This document shows positions 38,966-51,196 of a DNA stretch of 64,000 bases, in pieces. Origin of the DNA: Mobula hypostoma (taxonomy: Eukaryota). The position numbers and the translations under genes were made by a program. The stretch's first letter is position 1, and each line of letters opens with the position of its first letter. The stretch lies in the NCBI RefSeq assembly GCF_963921235.1, contig NC_086097.1, positions 34,908,001-34,972,000 on the forward strand. The letters run 5' to 3'. The notes beneath the pieces were generated by a model that saw only the letters and a list, made by a program, of their open reading frames with translations, ran no database searches and had not been told where the DNA came from.

Positions 38966-39216
38966 CTTCTGTAATGAAAAACTTGTATAGAGACTGTTCA
39001 TACACACATCAGTTCTTTACACAGTGCATTAAGAACATGTTAGAACAATAACAATGTAGAATAAAGTGTGACAGCTACAGAGAAAGCACAGTGTTGGTAG
39101 ACAATATGGTGTATGGTCACAATGAGGTAGATCATGAGGTCAAGAGTCCATCTTATCATATAAGAGGTCCATTGAATAGTATTACAATGGGGTTAAAGCT
39201 GCCCTTAAGTCTGATA

Positions 39217-39409
39217 TGTCCTGGTCATCCACTGCGCCTAGTCCCACCTTCAGCCGTCTCGACTCTGTCTTGCCACTGGATCCTGATGGGAATTGGGAAG
39301 AGAGAGTGAGGCTGACACTGCGCAACTCTCCCTCACTTAAATCCAAGTCACGCGCTAGTCTCGACACCATCAAGAGGTCCTCATCGACGTACGATGGATG
39401 AACAACAAC
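39217..39409 (+). mobile_element. Short retroposon, RTE-like 3' end with (AAC)n tail
   Basis: 10-bp TSD AAGTCTGATA at 39207 and 39410; AAC-repeat tail. Confidence 0.75.
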
Positions 39410-39422
39410 AAGTCTGATAGTA

Positions 39423-40640
39423 CAGGCTGAGTACCCCTTATCTGAAATCCGAAAACCATAAGACATAAGAGCAGAATTGGGTCATTTGGCCCATTGAGCC
39501 TGCTCCACCAGTCAATCATGGCTGATCCTTTCCTCCCCTCCTCAGCCCCATGCCCCGGCCTTCTCCCCGAGTCAATACCGTGGCTCTATCAATCTCCTCA
39601 ACAAGGCCATCCATGCCATCATCTAAATCACTGATATACAAGATAAAAAGAAAAGGTCCCAACCTCAACCCCTGCGGAACGCCACTAGTCACTGGCAGCC
39701 AAGCAGAGAATGATCCCTTTATTCCTACTCTCTGCCTCCTACCAATTAGTCAATGCTGTAACCATGCTCGTAACTTTCCTGTACTACCATGGGCTCTTAA
39801 CTTGGTAAACAACCTCATTGTGGCACTTTGTCAAAGATCTTCTGAAAATCCAAATGTACAATATTCACAAGGCATTCCCTTTATCTATCTTACTTGTAAC
39901 ATCCTCAAAGATTGACTACAGGTGTGTCAGGCAAGATTTTCCCTTAAGGAAACCATGCTGCCTTTGTCCCATCCTGTCCTGTGTTACCAAGTATTCCATA
40001 ACCTCATCGTTAACAATTGACTCCAACATCTTCCCAACCACTGAGGTAAGGCTAACTGGTCTATAATTTCCTTTCTGCTGCCTCCCTCCTTTCCTAAAAA
40101 GTGCAGTGTTTTGAAAACTTCCAAAGTCCAAATTTTTTTCAAGCGCTGCATGACGTCACAAATGGAAAATTGTACAAGGTGCCAGGAAGGTTGTCGGGTG
40201 ATGCTCGGGTCTCTGAGACAGTTCTGAGAAGTGACCTCACACATGTAATGAACAGAAGTTAATGAAAAATAGAAAATTACAGCATAAAGTGAAAAATGAA
40301 GATTTTGATTGTGCATTGAAAGAATGCATTTGTCAGCATCGGAGTGAACATAATGCCACTTAACTGTACACTGATCATGAAACAAGCAAAGATCTGTCAC
40401 GACAAACTAAAAATAGAAGGCAATTGTAAGTGTTCAGCAGTCTGGTTGCAGAAATTTAAGAAAAGACATGGCATTAAATTTTTAAAGATTTAAAAAATTT
40501 TCAAGTTAAAGGGTTTACTGAACACGAACCAGCAGAGAAATTCATTGATAAGATTGCAAAGATTGTCACTGGTGAAAATCTATCATCAGAACAAGTCTAT
40601 AATGCTGGTTGTTTTTATACCCTACATAAAACCTTAAAAA
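39423..40640 (+). mobile_element. Tigger4/Zombi-like pogo transposon 5' part, split by a CR1 (39457-40108, minus strand)
   Basis: TA followed by CAGGCTGAGTACCCCTTATCTGAAATCCGAAA; CENP-B HTH remnant (LIMKQAKICHDKLKIEGNC..WLQKFKKRHGIKFLKI; EQVYNA) at 40290-40605. Confidence 0.8.
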
Positions 40641-40689
40641 TGTAAAATACAAACACCATGTATCCTGAGCTGAATCCACAGTGAATTCT

Positions 40690-41450
40690 TTGCAGTTTTT
40701 CCTGATGCATTCTATCTAAGGCAACATCTTGGTGAACTCCCTCTGGACCCCCTCCAGTGCAATGACATCTTTTTTGTCATGTGGTCACCAGAACTCCAGC
40801 TGTAGCCTTAATAATGTTTAATATAGCTGCTGCATAACTTGACTGTTGTTCTATCCCTGGCTGATAAAGACAAGTAACTCTTAACCACCTTATCGACTTG
40901 AGCAGCTGTCTTCAGGAATCCTTGGACATGTGCACAAAGGTCCTCTGTTCCTCCCCACTGTCTAATGTCCTTTCATTCATTCTGTATGTCATAATTTCAT
41001 TAGTTCTTCCAAAATGCATGTCACAGATTAAGCTCCATCTGCCATTATTTTGATCATCTTACTAAATCAACAATATAATTCTGTAGCTGCAGACTGCTGT
41101 CCTCATCATCAACACCACCAGCAGTTTTATGTTAATTTACTAATCCTGTCTCCCACGTTCACATCCAGGTGATTCCTATATATTACAAGCAGAAAGGTCA
41201 GGCATTCATTTCTTAGGTATGTTATTGTTCGTATGGTCCCAACCACAAAACAACCATCAACCTTCACTGGTTTAGATACAATTTGCCAAATTGACCTGGA
41301 TTCCATGGGCTCTTTTTAATTTCGGACCAGTCTGTCATGTGGGACATTGTCAAAGGCCTCATTGAAGTCTATGTCAACCACATCAACTACAGTGCCTTGA
41401 TTCATATGCTTTGTTATTTCTTTGAAATATTCAGTGAGATTCGTCACAGT
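40690..41450 (-). mobile_element. Old CR1 RT fragment
   Basis: VDVVDIDFNEAFDNVPHDRL motif; heavily diverged. Confidence 0.65.
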
Positions 41451-41841
41451 ATCATGAAAGAGAATTCTTTTGGACAGTAGAACTAGAATTAGAATCAGAA
41501 TCAGAACTAATGTCATTGGCGTATGTCATGAAGTTTGTTGCTGGAAAAAAAGTAAAGTAGTGGTTATGTCATTCAGAAATCTGATGGCGGAGGGGAAGAA
41601 ACTGTTCCTGAAACATTGAGTGTGTGTCTTCAGGCTCTTGTACCTCCTCCCTGATGGTAGCAATGAGAAGAGAACATGTCCTGGGTAGTGCGGAGGTCCT
41701 TAGTGATAGATGCCACCTTTTTGAGGCATCGCCTTTGGAAGGTATCCTCAATGCTGGGGTCGCTAGAGTCCATGATGGGCCAGGCTGAGTTGAAAACTTT
41801 CAGCAGCTTTTTATGATCCTGTGCAGTGTCCCCTCCATACC

Positions 41842-42644
41842 GGCGCATGCACCGGTCGTGCATGCAGCCTGGTACAGCCGTTCCGATCTATTCTTACTTT
41901 CTTCTTCTTACTTTTTAATTTACGTTATTTTTTGTATTTTTTTCTCTCACGGTAACACGTCGAAGCTGTACCCTCTTTAATATGCTGGCAGAGAGAATTT
42001 TATTTGGGTCTTTTTTGGCACTGGAAATGGTTACATCCCAACACGCGGGACAGAAGCAAGGTCGCATTGTGTATTCCATGGACCAGCAAAGACCGGCTGG
42101 CTTAGTGAACAGAGCAGCGGACACCCCTGCTGAAATCCGGAGGAAAACACACAGAGGGGGATCACAAAGCCGAGGAAAGAGGACCGGATCGAGACAACAG
42201 AGACTTTTGGAGAAGAGGAGTTCGGTGGGTAATACCGTTCCGGCTGACCGGAAGTGCACTGAGAGCGGTAAGCGTAAAGGAGTTGGGTGCTTACTGTTCT
42301 GGTTAACAACGGATGGTGCAATCCGGGGTATATTACGATCAAGGAACGTGTTTAGCAGACTGGATATTGAACTTTTTACTGTTGGACTTTGGCCACATTC
42401 CACCGTGATACAACACTTGGCGGCACGGGAGGTCGTTCCTGCCTGTGGCCATCGAACGTGCAGCTCCTCCCGTGGAGGGTCAGACACCCTGAGCCAATAG
42501 ACTGGTCCTGGACTTATTTTCCATCTGGCATAGTTTGCATTTTGGTGTTTGATTGTTGGGGTTTTTTGTAGTGCTATATTTACGCTCTATTCTTGGTTGG
42601 TGTGGCTGTAATGAAACCAAATTTCCCTCGGGATTAATAAATTA

Positions 42645-42681
<37 letters not shown>
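41842..42681 (+). mobile_element. Non-autonomous bipartite retroposon (Rex-type 5' end fused to a 3' end) with (ATCT)n tail
   Basis: Interrupts the Rex host at TACC; ORF 41982 carries RIVYS..EIRRKTHRG..RLLEKR but no APE or RT; AATAAA followed by ATCT repeats. Confidence 0.7.
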
Positions 42682-42682
<1 letters not shown>

Positions 42683-43483
42683 CCTGATAGTCATTCAACC
42701 ATTTAGAATGCTTTCCATGGTACTTCTATAGAAATTAGCAACACACCAAGTCTCCTCAAACTCTAAATAGCTGCTGTCATGCCTTCTTTGTAATTGCATC
42801 AATATGTTGTGCCCAAGGTAGACCTTCAGTGTTGTTGACACCCATGAACTCAAAATTGCTCATCCTTTCCATTGTTGATCCCTCAATGAAGACTGATTTG
42901 TGTTCCCCTGGCTTCCCCTTCATGAAATCCACAATCAATTCCTTGGTCTTCCTGATATTGAGTGCAAGGTTGTTGCCACACCACTCACCCAGCTGATCTA
43001 CCTCACTCCTTGTCACCATCTGAAATTCTGCCAACAATAGCTGTGCTATCGGCAAATTTATATTTGAGCTGTACCCAGCCACGCAGGACTGAGGGTATGA
43101 TTGCGTTGAGCACTGAGCTGTAATCAATAAACAGCGGCCTGATGTAGGTATTACCATTGTCCAGGTGATCTGGCCCAGTGGAGAGCCAGTGAGATTGCAT
43201 CTGCTGTAGGTCTATTGTGCTGGGCAAATTACGGCAGGTCCATGTCCTTGCTTAGGCAGGAGTTGACTCTGGCCATGTCCAGCATCTCAAAGTGCTTCAT
43301 CACAGTAGATGTGAGAGCAACTGGGTGATATTCATTGAGACAGCTTACCTGCTTTTCTTGGGCAGTGGTAGAACTGTGGCCTTTTTGAAGCAGGTGGGAA
43401 CCTCTGACTGCAGCAGAGAGAGAGGGTGAAGATGTCCTTGAACACGCCTGCCATTTGGTTGGCACAGGTTGCCAGCGTCCCAC

Positions 43484-44078
43484 TGATGGGGTGAAGGGGT
43501 GGGTAAATAGGGGTACAGACTAAGAACAATGGTCAATCACCTTGGGTGCGCTGTAGCTTACTGTTTTGGACAGTCAGAAAGAAGCTTTACCCAACAACTG
43601 GTGACGTACTAGTCATTGTTCTCTAAAGATAGGCAAAGCCTCAAATAAGGAACTATCTGATCTTACAGAAGCAGCTCAAGGTATAGCTAAATATGGGAAG
43701 TATAGTGTAGGGGCTAGAATGTTCTGGAGAAAAGGGGAAGGGTCCGAATGAGGAACTGATGGGCTAGCTTTGGCTTAAAATAATTATAACTAACTGACCA
43801 ATGATTATTTTACATCTAATTGTATCTTAGCATGTGATTAAAATTATTCTAATATTATCTAAACTTGTAATCATAAGATTTCCTGCTCCCTGATCAATGT
43901 TATAAATTGTGGAGAACTGCGTAATTCAGGGGCAGTGTCTGGACTGGCTCTTTTGGGAGATCAGTCTGTAACTTCCCCCATAGCATGCTATGAGTAAAGA
44001 GTAAAGGTTTGAAAAAGGATTACGTGTGAGAGTGTTTTTGTGGTACTTTGTCTTTGCATCGGCCGGTCCAGTAGGACA
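43484..44078 (+). mobile_element. Solo LTR (595 bp)
   Basis: TG...CA termini; 4-bp TSD CCAC at 43480 and 44079; TATAAA at 43901; AGTAAA twice near 44000; the Rex host is colinear across it. Confidence 0.8.
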
Positions 44079-44781
44079 CCACCAGGTAAACCATCAGGGC
44101 CTGATGCCTTGCGAGAGTTTACCTTTCTGAAAGATGTTCTGACATCAGCCTCCGAGACAGAGATCACAAGGTGACTATATAGAGTGGGTGGTGGAGTAAA
44201 GGGAGTCAGAATTGGAGGGCTTTCGCTCAACGGGGTTTCAGCGATAACGGGTCGAGGCAAGGTAAGTTACTTGTGAAGAACAGAAACAGGAAGTATGTCT
44301 GTGAGACCAGTGTTCTGTACTGGGTGTCAGATATGGTATGCCGGGAGACTCCCAGCCTCATGGACGCCCACATCTGTGCCAGGTGTGTCAAGCTGCAGCT
44401 CCTTAGGGACTGCATTAGGGAACTGGAGATGCAGCTCCATGACCTTTGTCTGGTCAGGGAAAGTGAGGAGGTGATAGAGAGGAGTTATAGGCAGGTAGTC
44501 ACTCCGGGGCCTCAGGAGACAGATAAGTGGGTAACAGTCAGGAGAGGGAAGGGCAGGAGTCAGATACTAGAAGGTACCCCAATGGCTGTCCCCCTTAACA
44601 ATAAGTACACGTGTTTGAGTACTGTTGCAGGGGGAGTGGCCTCTGGCACAGTGTCTGGCCCTGTGGCTCAGAAGGGTAGGGAAAGGAAGAGGATGGCAGC
44701 AGTCATAGGGGACTCTATAGTTAGGGGGTCAGACAGGTGATTCTGTGGACGCAAGAAAGAAACACAGATGGTAGTTTGCCT

Positions 44782-45245
44782 GCAACACACATCAAAGTTG
44801 CTGGTGAACGCAGCAGGCCAGGCAGCATCTCTAGGAAGAGGTACAGTCGACGTTTCAGGCCGAGACCCTTCGTCAGGACTAACTGAAAGAAAAGTGAGTA
44901 AGAGATTTGAAAGTTGGAGGAAAAGGGGGAGATCCAAAATGATAGGAGAAGACAGGAGGGGGGGGGGGGGATGGAGCCAAGAGCTGGACAGGTGATTGGC
45001 AAAAGGGATATGAGAGGATCATGGGACAGGAGGTCCGGGAAGAAAGACAAGGGGGGGGGAACCCAGAGGATGGGCAAGGGGTATAGTCAGAGGGACAGAG
45101 GGAGAAAAAGGAGAGTGAGAGAAAGAATGTGTGTATAAAAATAAATAACAGATGGGGTACGAGGGGGAGGTGGGGCATTAGCGGAAGTTAGAGAAGTCAA
45201 TGTTCATGCCATCAGGTTGGAGGCTACCCAGACGGAATATAAAGT
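44782..45245 (-). mobile_element. 5'-truncated Penelope-like element inserted into CR1 ORF1
   Basis: Near identical to 28659-29117; HFIFRLGSLQPDGMNIDFSNFR*; 8-bp TSD GTTTGCCT at 44774 and 45246. Confidence 0.9.
44844..44881 (-). ncRNA. Minimal type I hammerhead ribozyme motif, intact core
   Basis: TAGTC-CTGACGA-AGG gtctcgg CCT-GAAA-CG-TC^GACTG. Confidence 0.8.
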
Positions 45246-48067
45246 GTTTGCCTCCCAGGTGCCAGGGTCCGGAATGTTTCTGATCGCATCCATGATATCT
45301 TGAAGTGGGAAGGTGAACAGCCAGAGGCCATGGTACATAATTGGTACCAATTGGTACCAACGACATAGGTAGGAAAAGGGAGGAGGTCCTGAAAACAGAC
45401 TACAGGGAGTTGGGAAAGAAGCTGAGAAGCAGGACCTCCAAGGTAATAATCTCGGGATTGCTGCCTGTGCCACATGACAGTGAGTATAGGAATAGAATGA
45501 GGTGGAGGATAAATGCGTGGCTGAGGGATTAGAGCGAGGGGCAGGGATTCAGATTTCTGGATCATTGGGAACTCTTTTGGGGCAGGCGTGACCTGTACAA
45601 AAAGGATGAGTTGCACTTGAATCTGAGGGGGACCAATATCCTGGCAGGGAGGTTTGCTAAGGCTGTTGGGGAAAGTTTAAGCTAGAATTGCTGGGGGGTA
45701 GGAACTGAACTGAAGAGACTTACAAATAACAGCTTACAAATACAGAAAGCCTGTAGGCAGTGTGAGAGGGAGGATAGGCAGGTGATAGAGAAGGGATGCA
45801 CTCAGACTGATGGTTTGAGATGTGTCTATTTTAATGCAAGGAGTATCATGAACAGAGCGGATGGGCTTAGAGCGTGGATCAGTACTTGGAGCTATGATGT
45901 TGTGGCCATTACAGAGACTTGGATGGCTCAGGGGCAGGAATAGCTACTTAGAGTGCCAGGCTTTAGATGTCTCAGAAAGGACAGGGAGGGAGGCAAAAGA
46001 GGTGGGGGCGTGGCACTGTTGATCAGAGATAGTGTCACGGCTGCAGAAAAGGAAGAAGTCATGGAGGGATTACTGAGTCTCAGTGGGTGGAAGTTAGGAA
46101 CAGGAAGGTGTCAATAACTCGACAGGGTGTTTTTTATGGACCATCCAATAGTAACAGAGACATCGAGGAGCAGAAAAGGAGACAGATTCTGGAAAGGTGT
46201 AACAATAACAGGGTTGTCATGATGGGGGATTTTAATTTTCCCAATATTGATTGGCATTTCCCTGGAGCACGGTGTTTAGATGGGATAGAGTTTGATGGGT
46301 GTCTTCAGAACAGTTTCTTGACATAATATGTAGATAAGCCTACAAGAGGAGAGGCTGTACTTGATCTGGTATTGGGAAATGAACCTGGTCAGGTGTCAGA
46401 TCTCTCAGTGGGAGAGCATTTTGGAGATAGTGATCACAATTCTATCTCCTTTACCATAGCATTAGAAAGGGATAGGAACAGACAAGTCAGGAAAGCGTTA
46501 AATTGGAGTAAGGGGAAATATGAAGCTATCAGGCAGGAACTTGGAAGCATAAATTGGGACTAGATGCTCTCAGGGAAACACATGGCAGAAATGTGGCAAA
46601 AGTTCAGGGGATATTTGCGTGGCATTCTGCATAGGTACATTCCAATGAGACAGGGAAAGGGTGGTAGGGTACAGGAACCATAGTGTTTAAAGGCAGTTGA
46701 AAATCTAGTCAAGAAGAAAAGAAAAACTTACGAAAGGTTAAAAAAACTAGGTAACGATAAAGATCTAGAAAATTATAAGTCTAGCAGGAAGGAGCTTAAG
46801 AATGAAATTATGAAAGCCAGAAGGGGCCATGAGAAGGCCTTGGTGAGCAGGATTAAGGAAAACACCAAGGCATACTATATGTTTGTGAAGCATAAGAGGA
46901 TAAGATGTGAGAGAATAGGACCAATCAAGTGTGACAGTGGAAAAGTGTGTATGGAACTGGAGGAGGTAGCAGAGGTACTTAATGAATACTTTTCTTATAC
47001 ACATTCAGAAAGAGAGTGTGCTGGAGCTTTTGGAAAACATCAAGTTGGATAAGTCACCGGGGCTGGACAAGATATACCAAGATATATCACTGGCTACTGT
47101 GGGAAGCGAGGAAGGAGAACGCTGAGCCTCTGGCAATGATCTTTGCATCATCAATGGGGGCAGGAGAGGTTCCAGAGGATTGGAGGGTTGCAGATGTTGT
47201 TCTCTTGTTCAAGAAAGGGAGTAGAGATAGCCCAGGAAATTATAGACCAGTGAGTCTTACCTCAGTAGTTGGTAAGTTGATGGAGAAGATCCTGAGAGGC
47301 AGGATTTATGAACATTTGGAGAGGCATAACATGATTAGGAATAGTCAGCCTGGCTTTGTCAAAGGCAGGTCGTGCCATAGGACACTCATAGCTACTGCGC
47401 TGTGTATTGGCCTTCATCAACCATGGGATTGAATTCAAGAGCTGAGAGGTAATGTTACAGCTATATAGGACCCTGGTCAGACCCCACTTGGAGTACTCTG
47501 CTCAGTTCTGGTTATCTCACTGCAGGAAGGATGTGGAAACTATAGAAAGGTTGCAGAGGAGATTTACAAGGATGTTGCCTGGATTGGGGAGCATGCCTTA
47601 TGAGAATAGGTTGAGTGAACTTGGCCTTTTCTCCTTGGAGCGATTTAGGATGAGGGGTGACCTGATAGGGGTGCATAAGATGATGAGAGGCATTGATCAT
47701 GTGGATGATCAGAGGCTTTTTTCCGGGGCTGAAATGGCTAACATGAGAAGGTACAGGTTTAGGGTGCTTGGAAGTAGGTATAGAGGAGATGTCAGGGGTA
47801 AGTTTTTTACGCAGAGAGTGGTGAGTGCGTGGAATGGGCTGCTGGTGATGGTGGTGGAGGCGGATACGATAGGGTCTTTTAAGAGACCCCTGGATTGGTA
47901 CATGGAGCTTAGAAAAATAGAGGGCTATGGGTAACCCTAGGTAATTTCTAAAGTAAGTACATGTTCAGCACAGTGCTGTGAGCCGAAGGCCCTGTATTGT
48001 GCTATAGGTTTTCTATGTTCTAGATGCTGCAGGAATTCACACAGGTGTAGTTTTAAGTGTGCATAAA

Positions 48068-49310
48068 ACTTCAGGTTTATTGTCATCTGACTCTACATAT
48101 ATACAACCAAACGAAAGAAAGTTCATCTGGACCACTGTACCCCTACACAAAATATATCACACACTGCACGTAAACAAAAATATTATACTATAAATAAGTT
48201 CATTAATTCAAAATGCATGTAATGAAGCATAGCATAGGTAAACAGTAAACAGCTTGATAGTCTAGTGACGAGACTTCAGTGATGGCACTGTATCCATCAG
48301 TCTCAGAGCTTGAGGGGAGCAGTTGTTCCCCAGTCTGGCAGTCCTAGTCCTGATGCTCGTGTACCTCCTTTCTGATGGTAATGGGTCAAAGAGATTGTGG
48401 GATGAGTGGTAGGGATCCTCAACAATGCTTTGGGCCCTTCATTTGAAATACTCCCGGTAAATGTTACAAATAGGTGTGGGGGTGGGGGGGCGAGACCCTG
48501 ATGATCCTCTTGGTGGTTTTTGCCGTCCTCTGTAGGATCTTGCAGTCAGATGCCTTGCAGGGTCTGTACCATACAATGATACAGCCAGACAGGATACTGC
48601 CAATGGTGCTCCTGTAGAAAGTTGTTAGAATGGGGTTGGTAGCCTTGCACACCTCAGTCTCCTCAGAATCTGTAGATGCTGCTATGCCTTCTTGACTAGT
48701 GAGGAGGTGTGGTGAATCCAAGTTAGATTGTCCATTATGTGCACACCAAGGAATTTTGTGCTCTTCGCTCTCTGCACGGCAGAGCCATTGGTGCGCAATG
48801 GAGAGTGGTTGACCTGGCCTTTCAGAAGTCCACAGTCATCTCTTTTGTCTTGTCTATGTTGAGACTCAGGTTGTTCTCATGCCACTTGACAAGCCTCTCT
48901 AGCTCCTCTCTGTATGCCAACTCATCATTGCTGCTGATGAGGCCAGCCACTGCAGTATTACCAGCAAACTTGATGGTGTGGTGTGAGCTGGAATCTGGTA
49001 GTGCCATTGTGAATCAGCAACATGAACAGCAACAGACTGAGCACAGAAACCGGGGGCGGGTGCTCAGTGCGATGCTGCCAACTCCAACTTACTGGGGTCT
49101 TTCCATCAAGAAGTCCAAGATCCAGTTACCGAGGAGGTGTTGAGTCCCAACAAGGCCTTTGAGGGATGATCGTGTTAAACACTGAGCTGAAATTGATGAA
49201 CAACATCCCGGCATACAAGGCATCGTTTTCTAGGTGGGACAGGACGGAGTAGAGGGCCGAGGTCATGCATCATCAGTGGAGCAGGTCGAGTGGTAGCAAA
49301 CAGGAAAGGG
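48068..49310 (-). mobile_element. Rex1-type LINE, 5'-truncated
   Basis: IKFAGNTAVAGLISSNDELAYREELERLVKW..NNLSLNIDKTKEMTVDF; FYRSTIGSILSGCIIVWY. Confidence 0.85.
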
Positions 49311-49545
49311 TTCAGAACATGAGAGTCCTTGAAAGTGACTCCTCAGATTGTGCAATCAATTCAGAGTTCAGGTGAGAGATACATGTTTCTTCAGGAGCTA
49401 GATGGTTGAAGTGTAATAACTGTTTGCGAACCTGATAGTGTGAGGCCCAAGGCTGCTGAACCTCCTTCCCGATGGCAGCAGCAAGGAGAGAGCATGGACC
49501 GTATTCTAGGGTCCTCAATGATGGATGCTGTTTTTTTGTGGCAGT

Positions 49546-50049
49546 GCTGAAACTGGAAAGGGTTCAAAGGAGGTTCACGAAAACAATTCCAGGATTGTAT
49601 GAACTTGTCACATGAAGAGTGTTTGATGGTTCTGAGCATGTATTCATTGGAAATTAGAAGAATAAGGGATGACCTAATTGATATCTGTTGAATTGTGAAA
49701 GGCCTTGATAGAGTAGATGTGCAGAGGATGTTTCCTATGGTGGGAGTGTCTAAGACCAAAGGGGACAGCCTCAGAATATAGGGGTGTCGTTTTACAGTGG
49801 AAATGAAGAGGAATTTCTTTAGCTAGAGTGGTGAATCTGTGGAATTCTTTGCCACAGGCAGCTGTGGAGGCCAAGTTTTTATTAAGGCAGAGGTTGATGG
49901 ACTCTTGATTGGTCAGGGCATGAAGGGATACAGGGAGAAGGCAGGAGATTGGGGCTGAGAGGGAAATTGGATCAGCCGTGATGAAATGGCGGAGCAGGTT
50001 CGATGGGCCAAATGGCCTAATTCTGCTTCTATATCTCAAGGTTTTATGG
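49546..50049 (+). mobile_element. CR1 3' fragment within Rex-type remnants (49355-50360, minus strand)
   Basis: CR1 3' end sequence; flanks carry Rex motifs (PVPLTSTTMWCFE). Confidence 0.7.
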
Positions 50050-50595
50050 TGCCCCCTGTAGATGTGCTTAATGGAGGGGAGGGCTTTGTCTGTGATGGAC
50101 TGGGCTATGTTACCACATTTTGATCTATTTATCTATCATTTGGTATTATACAGTGAAGTTGGGATTTTATATGATCCATTACCAGTGCTCAAAGCACCAC
50201 ATGGTTGTTGAAGTCAGTGGCACTGGGCAGAAATCAATTAGGCCAGTTGCCACTCTGTCTTGGGCACCAGAATGATGGTGGTTGCCTTGAAGCTTGCAGG
50301 GACAGTGGACTGTTTCAGAGAGATACTGAAGATGTCCATTGAGATATAAGCTGGGATACACAGCTCAATAAAAGATATTGAGTTCATCTGGGTGGTACTG
50401 CATCATTCTATGTTGCAGGTCAAGAGAACAAGAGTGTGACAGGACCACTTTGTTCTATAACTTCTTACAAGAATGATCAGATTTCAGGGCAAGTAAATGT
50501 CAGATCCTTCAATAATATCTGCTTTTAATAACATTTCATACGATGTCATGGCTACAGGAGAAGGTTTCACGTATTAATCTGGTGTTGCTCCAGGG

Positions 50596-50676
50596 AAGGG
50601 TTTCCCAAACTTTTTTATGCCATGGACCAACACCATGAAGCAAGTGGTCCTGCGGACCCCAGGTTGGGAGATCCTG
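50596..50676. mobile_element. Small hAT-like MITE
   Basis: Imperfect TIRs AGGGTTTCCCAAAC ... GGTTGGGAGATCCTG, about 80 bp. Confidence 0.5.
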
Positions 50677-51196
50677 CTAAGGACATTCTGTTATGCAGAG
50701 ATGTTTAAGGGCATAAGAACGAGAATGAGGCAGGCAGCTAAATACAGATAAGGTGCAGAACATCAACACTTGTTCCCCAAGAGTCACTTAGTTTGCTGTT
50801 TTAATTGCCCATCCCACTCTGGTCTGAAATCCCCTGTACCATTACAAAAGGCTCAAGGCAAACTTGAGGAACAATTCCTCACCTTCCATGTTACAGCCAG
50901 CAAGACTTGATATTTAATTTTTGTTTAGCCATTTCTGCCTGTATTCCTCTGTTCTGACTTGCTGGGTATGTTCTGACTATACTATGTTACCTGAAATCAA
51001 AATCATGATCAGAGTCAGGTTTGTTATCACTGATATATGTGGTGAAATGTGTCGTTTTGTGAAGCAGTACAGTGCAGTACACAAAAATTACTCTGTTACA
51101 AATAAATAAATAGTGAGGGTATGATGGAATTGAACTCCAAGCTGAAATTGATTAACTGTAGCCTAACATATGTTTTGCAGTTTTCTTCATAAAGCT

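Larger units (their letters stand above)
41480..44175 (-). mobile_element. Rex1/Babar-type LINE carrying two nested insertions
   Basis: RKASGPDGLPG, CANQMAGVFKDIF, NEYHPVALTSTVMKHFE, KTKELIVDF; AGAATC-type tail at about 41490. Confidence 0.85.
44178..48021 (+). mobile_element. Near full-length CR1 (ORF1 esterase, APE) with the RT core deleted
   Basis: CARCVKLQLL, VIGDSIVRG, GDFNFP and DSDHN motifs; sequence jumps from GFVKGRSC (~47375) to the RT C-terminus. Confidence 0.9.

Noticed and set aside
42645..42681. (ATCT)n as an independent microsatellite system
   Set aside because: It is the 3' tail of the retroposon at 41842-42681
45341..45360. Tandem palindrome TTGGTACCAATTGGTACCAA
   Set aside because: A simple 10-bp local duplication within a dead CR1 ORF1
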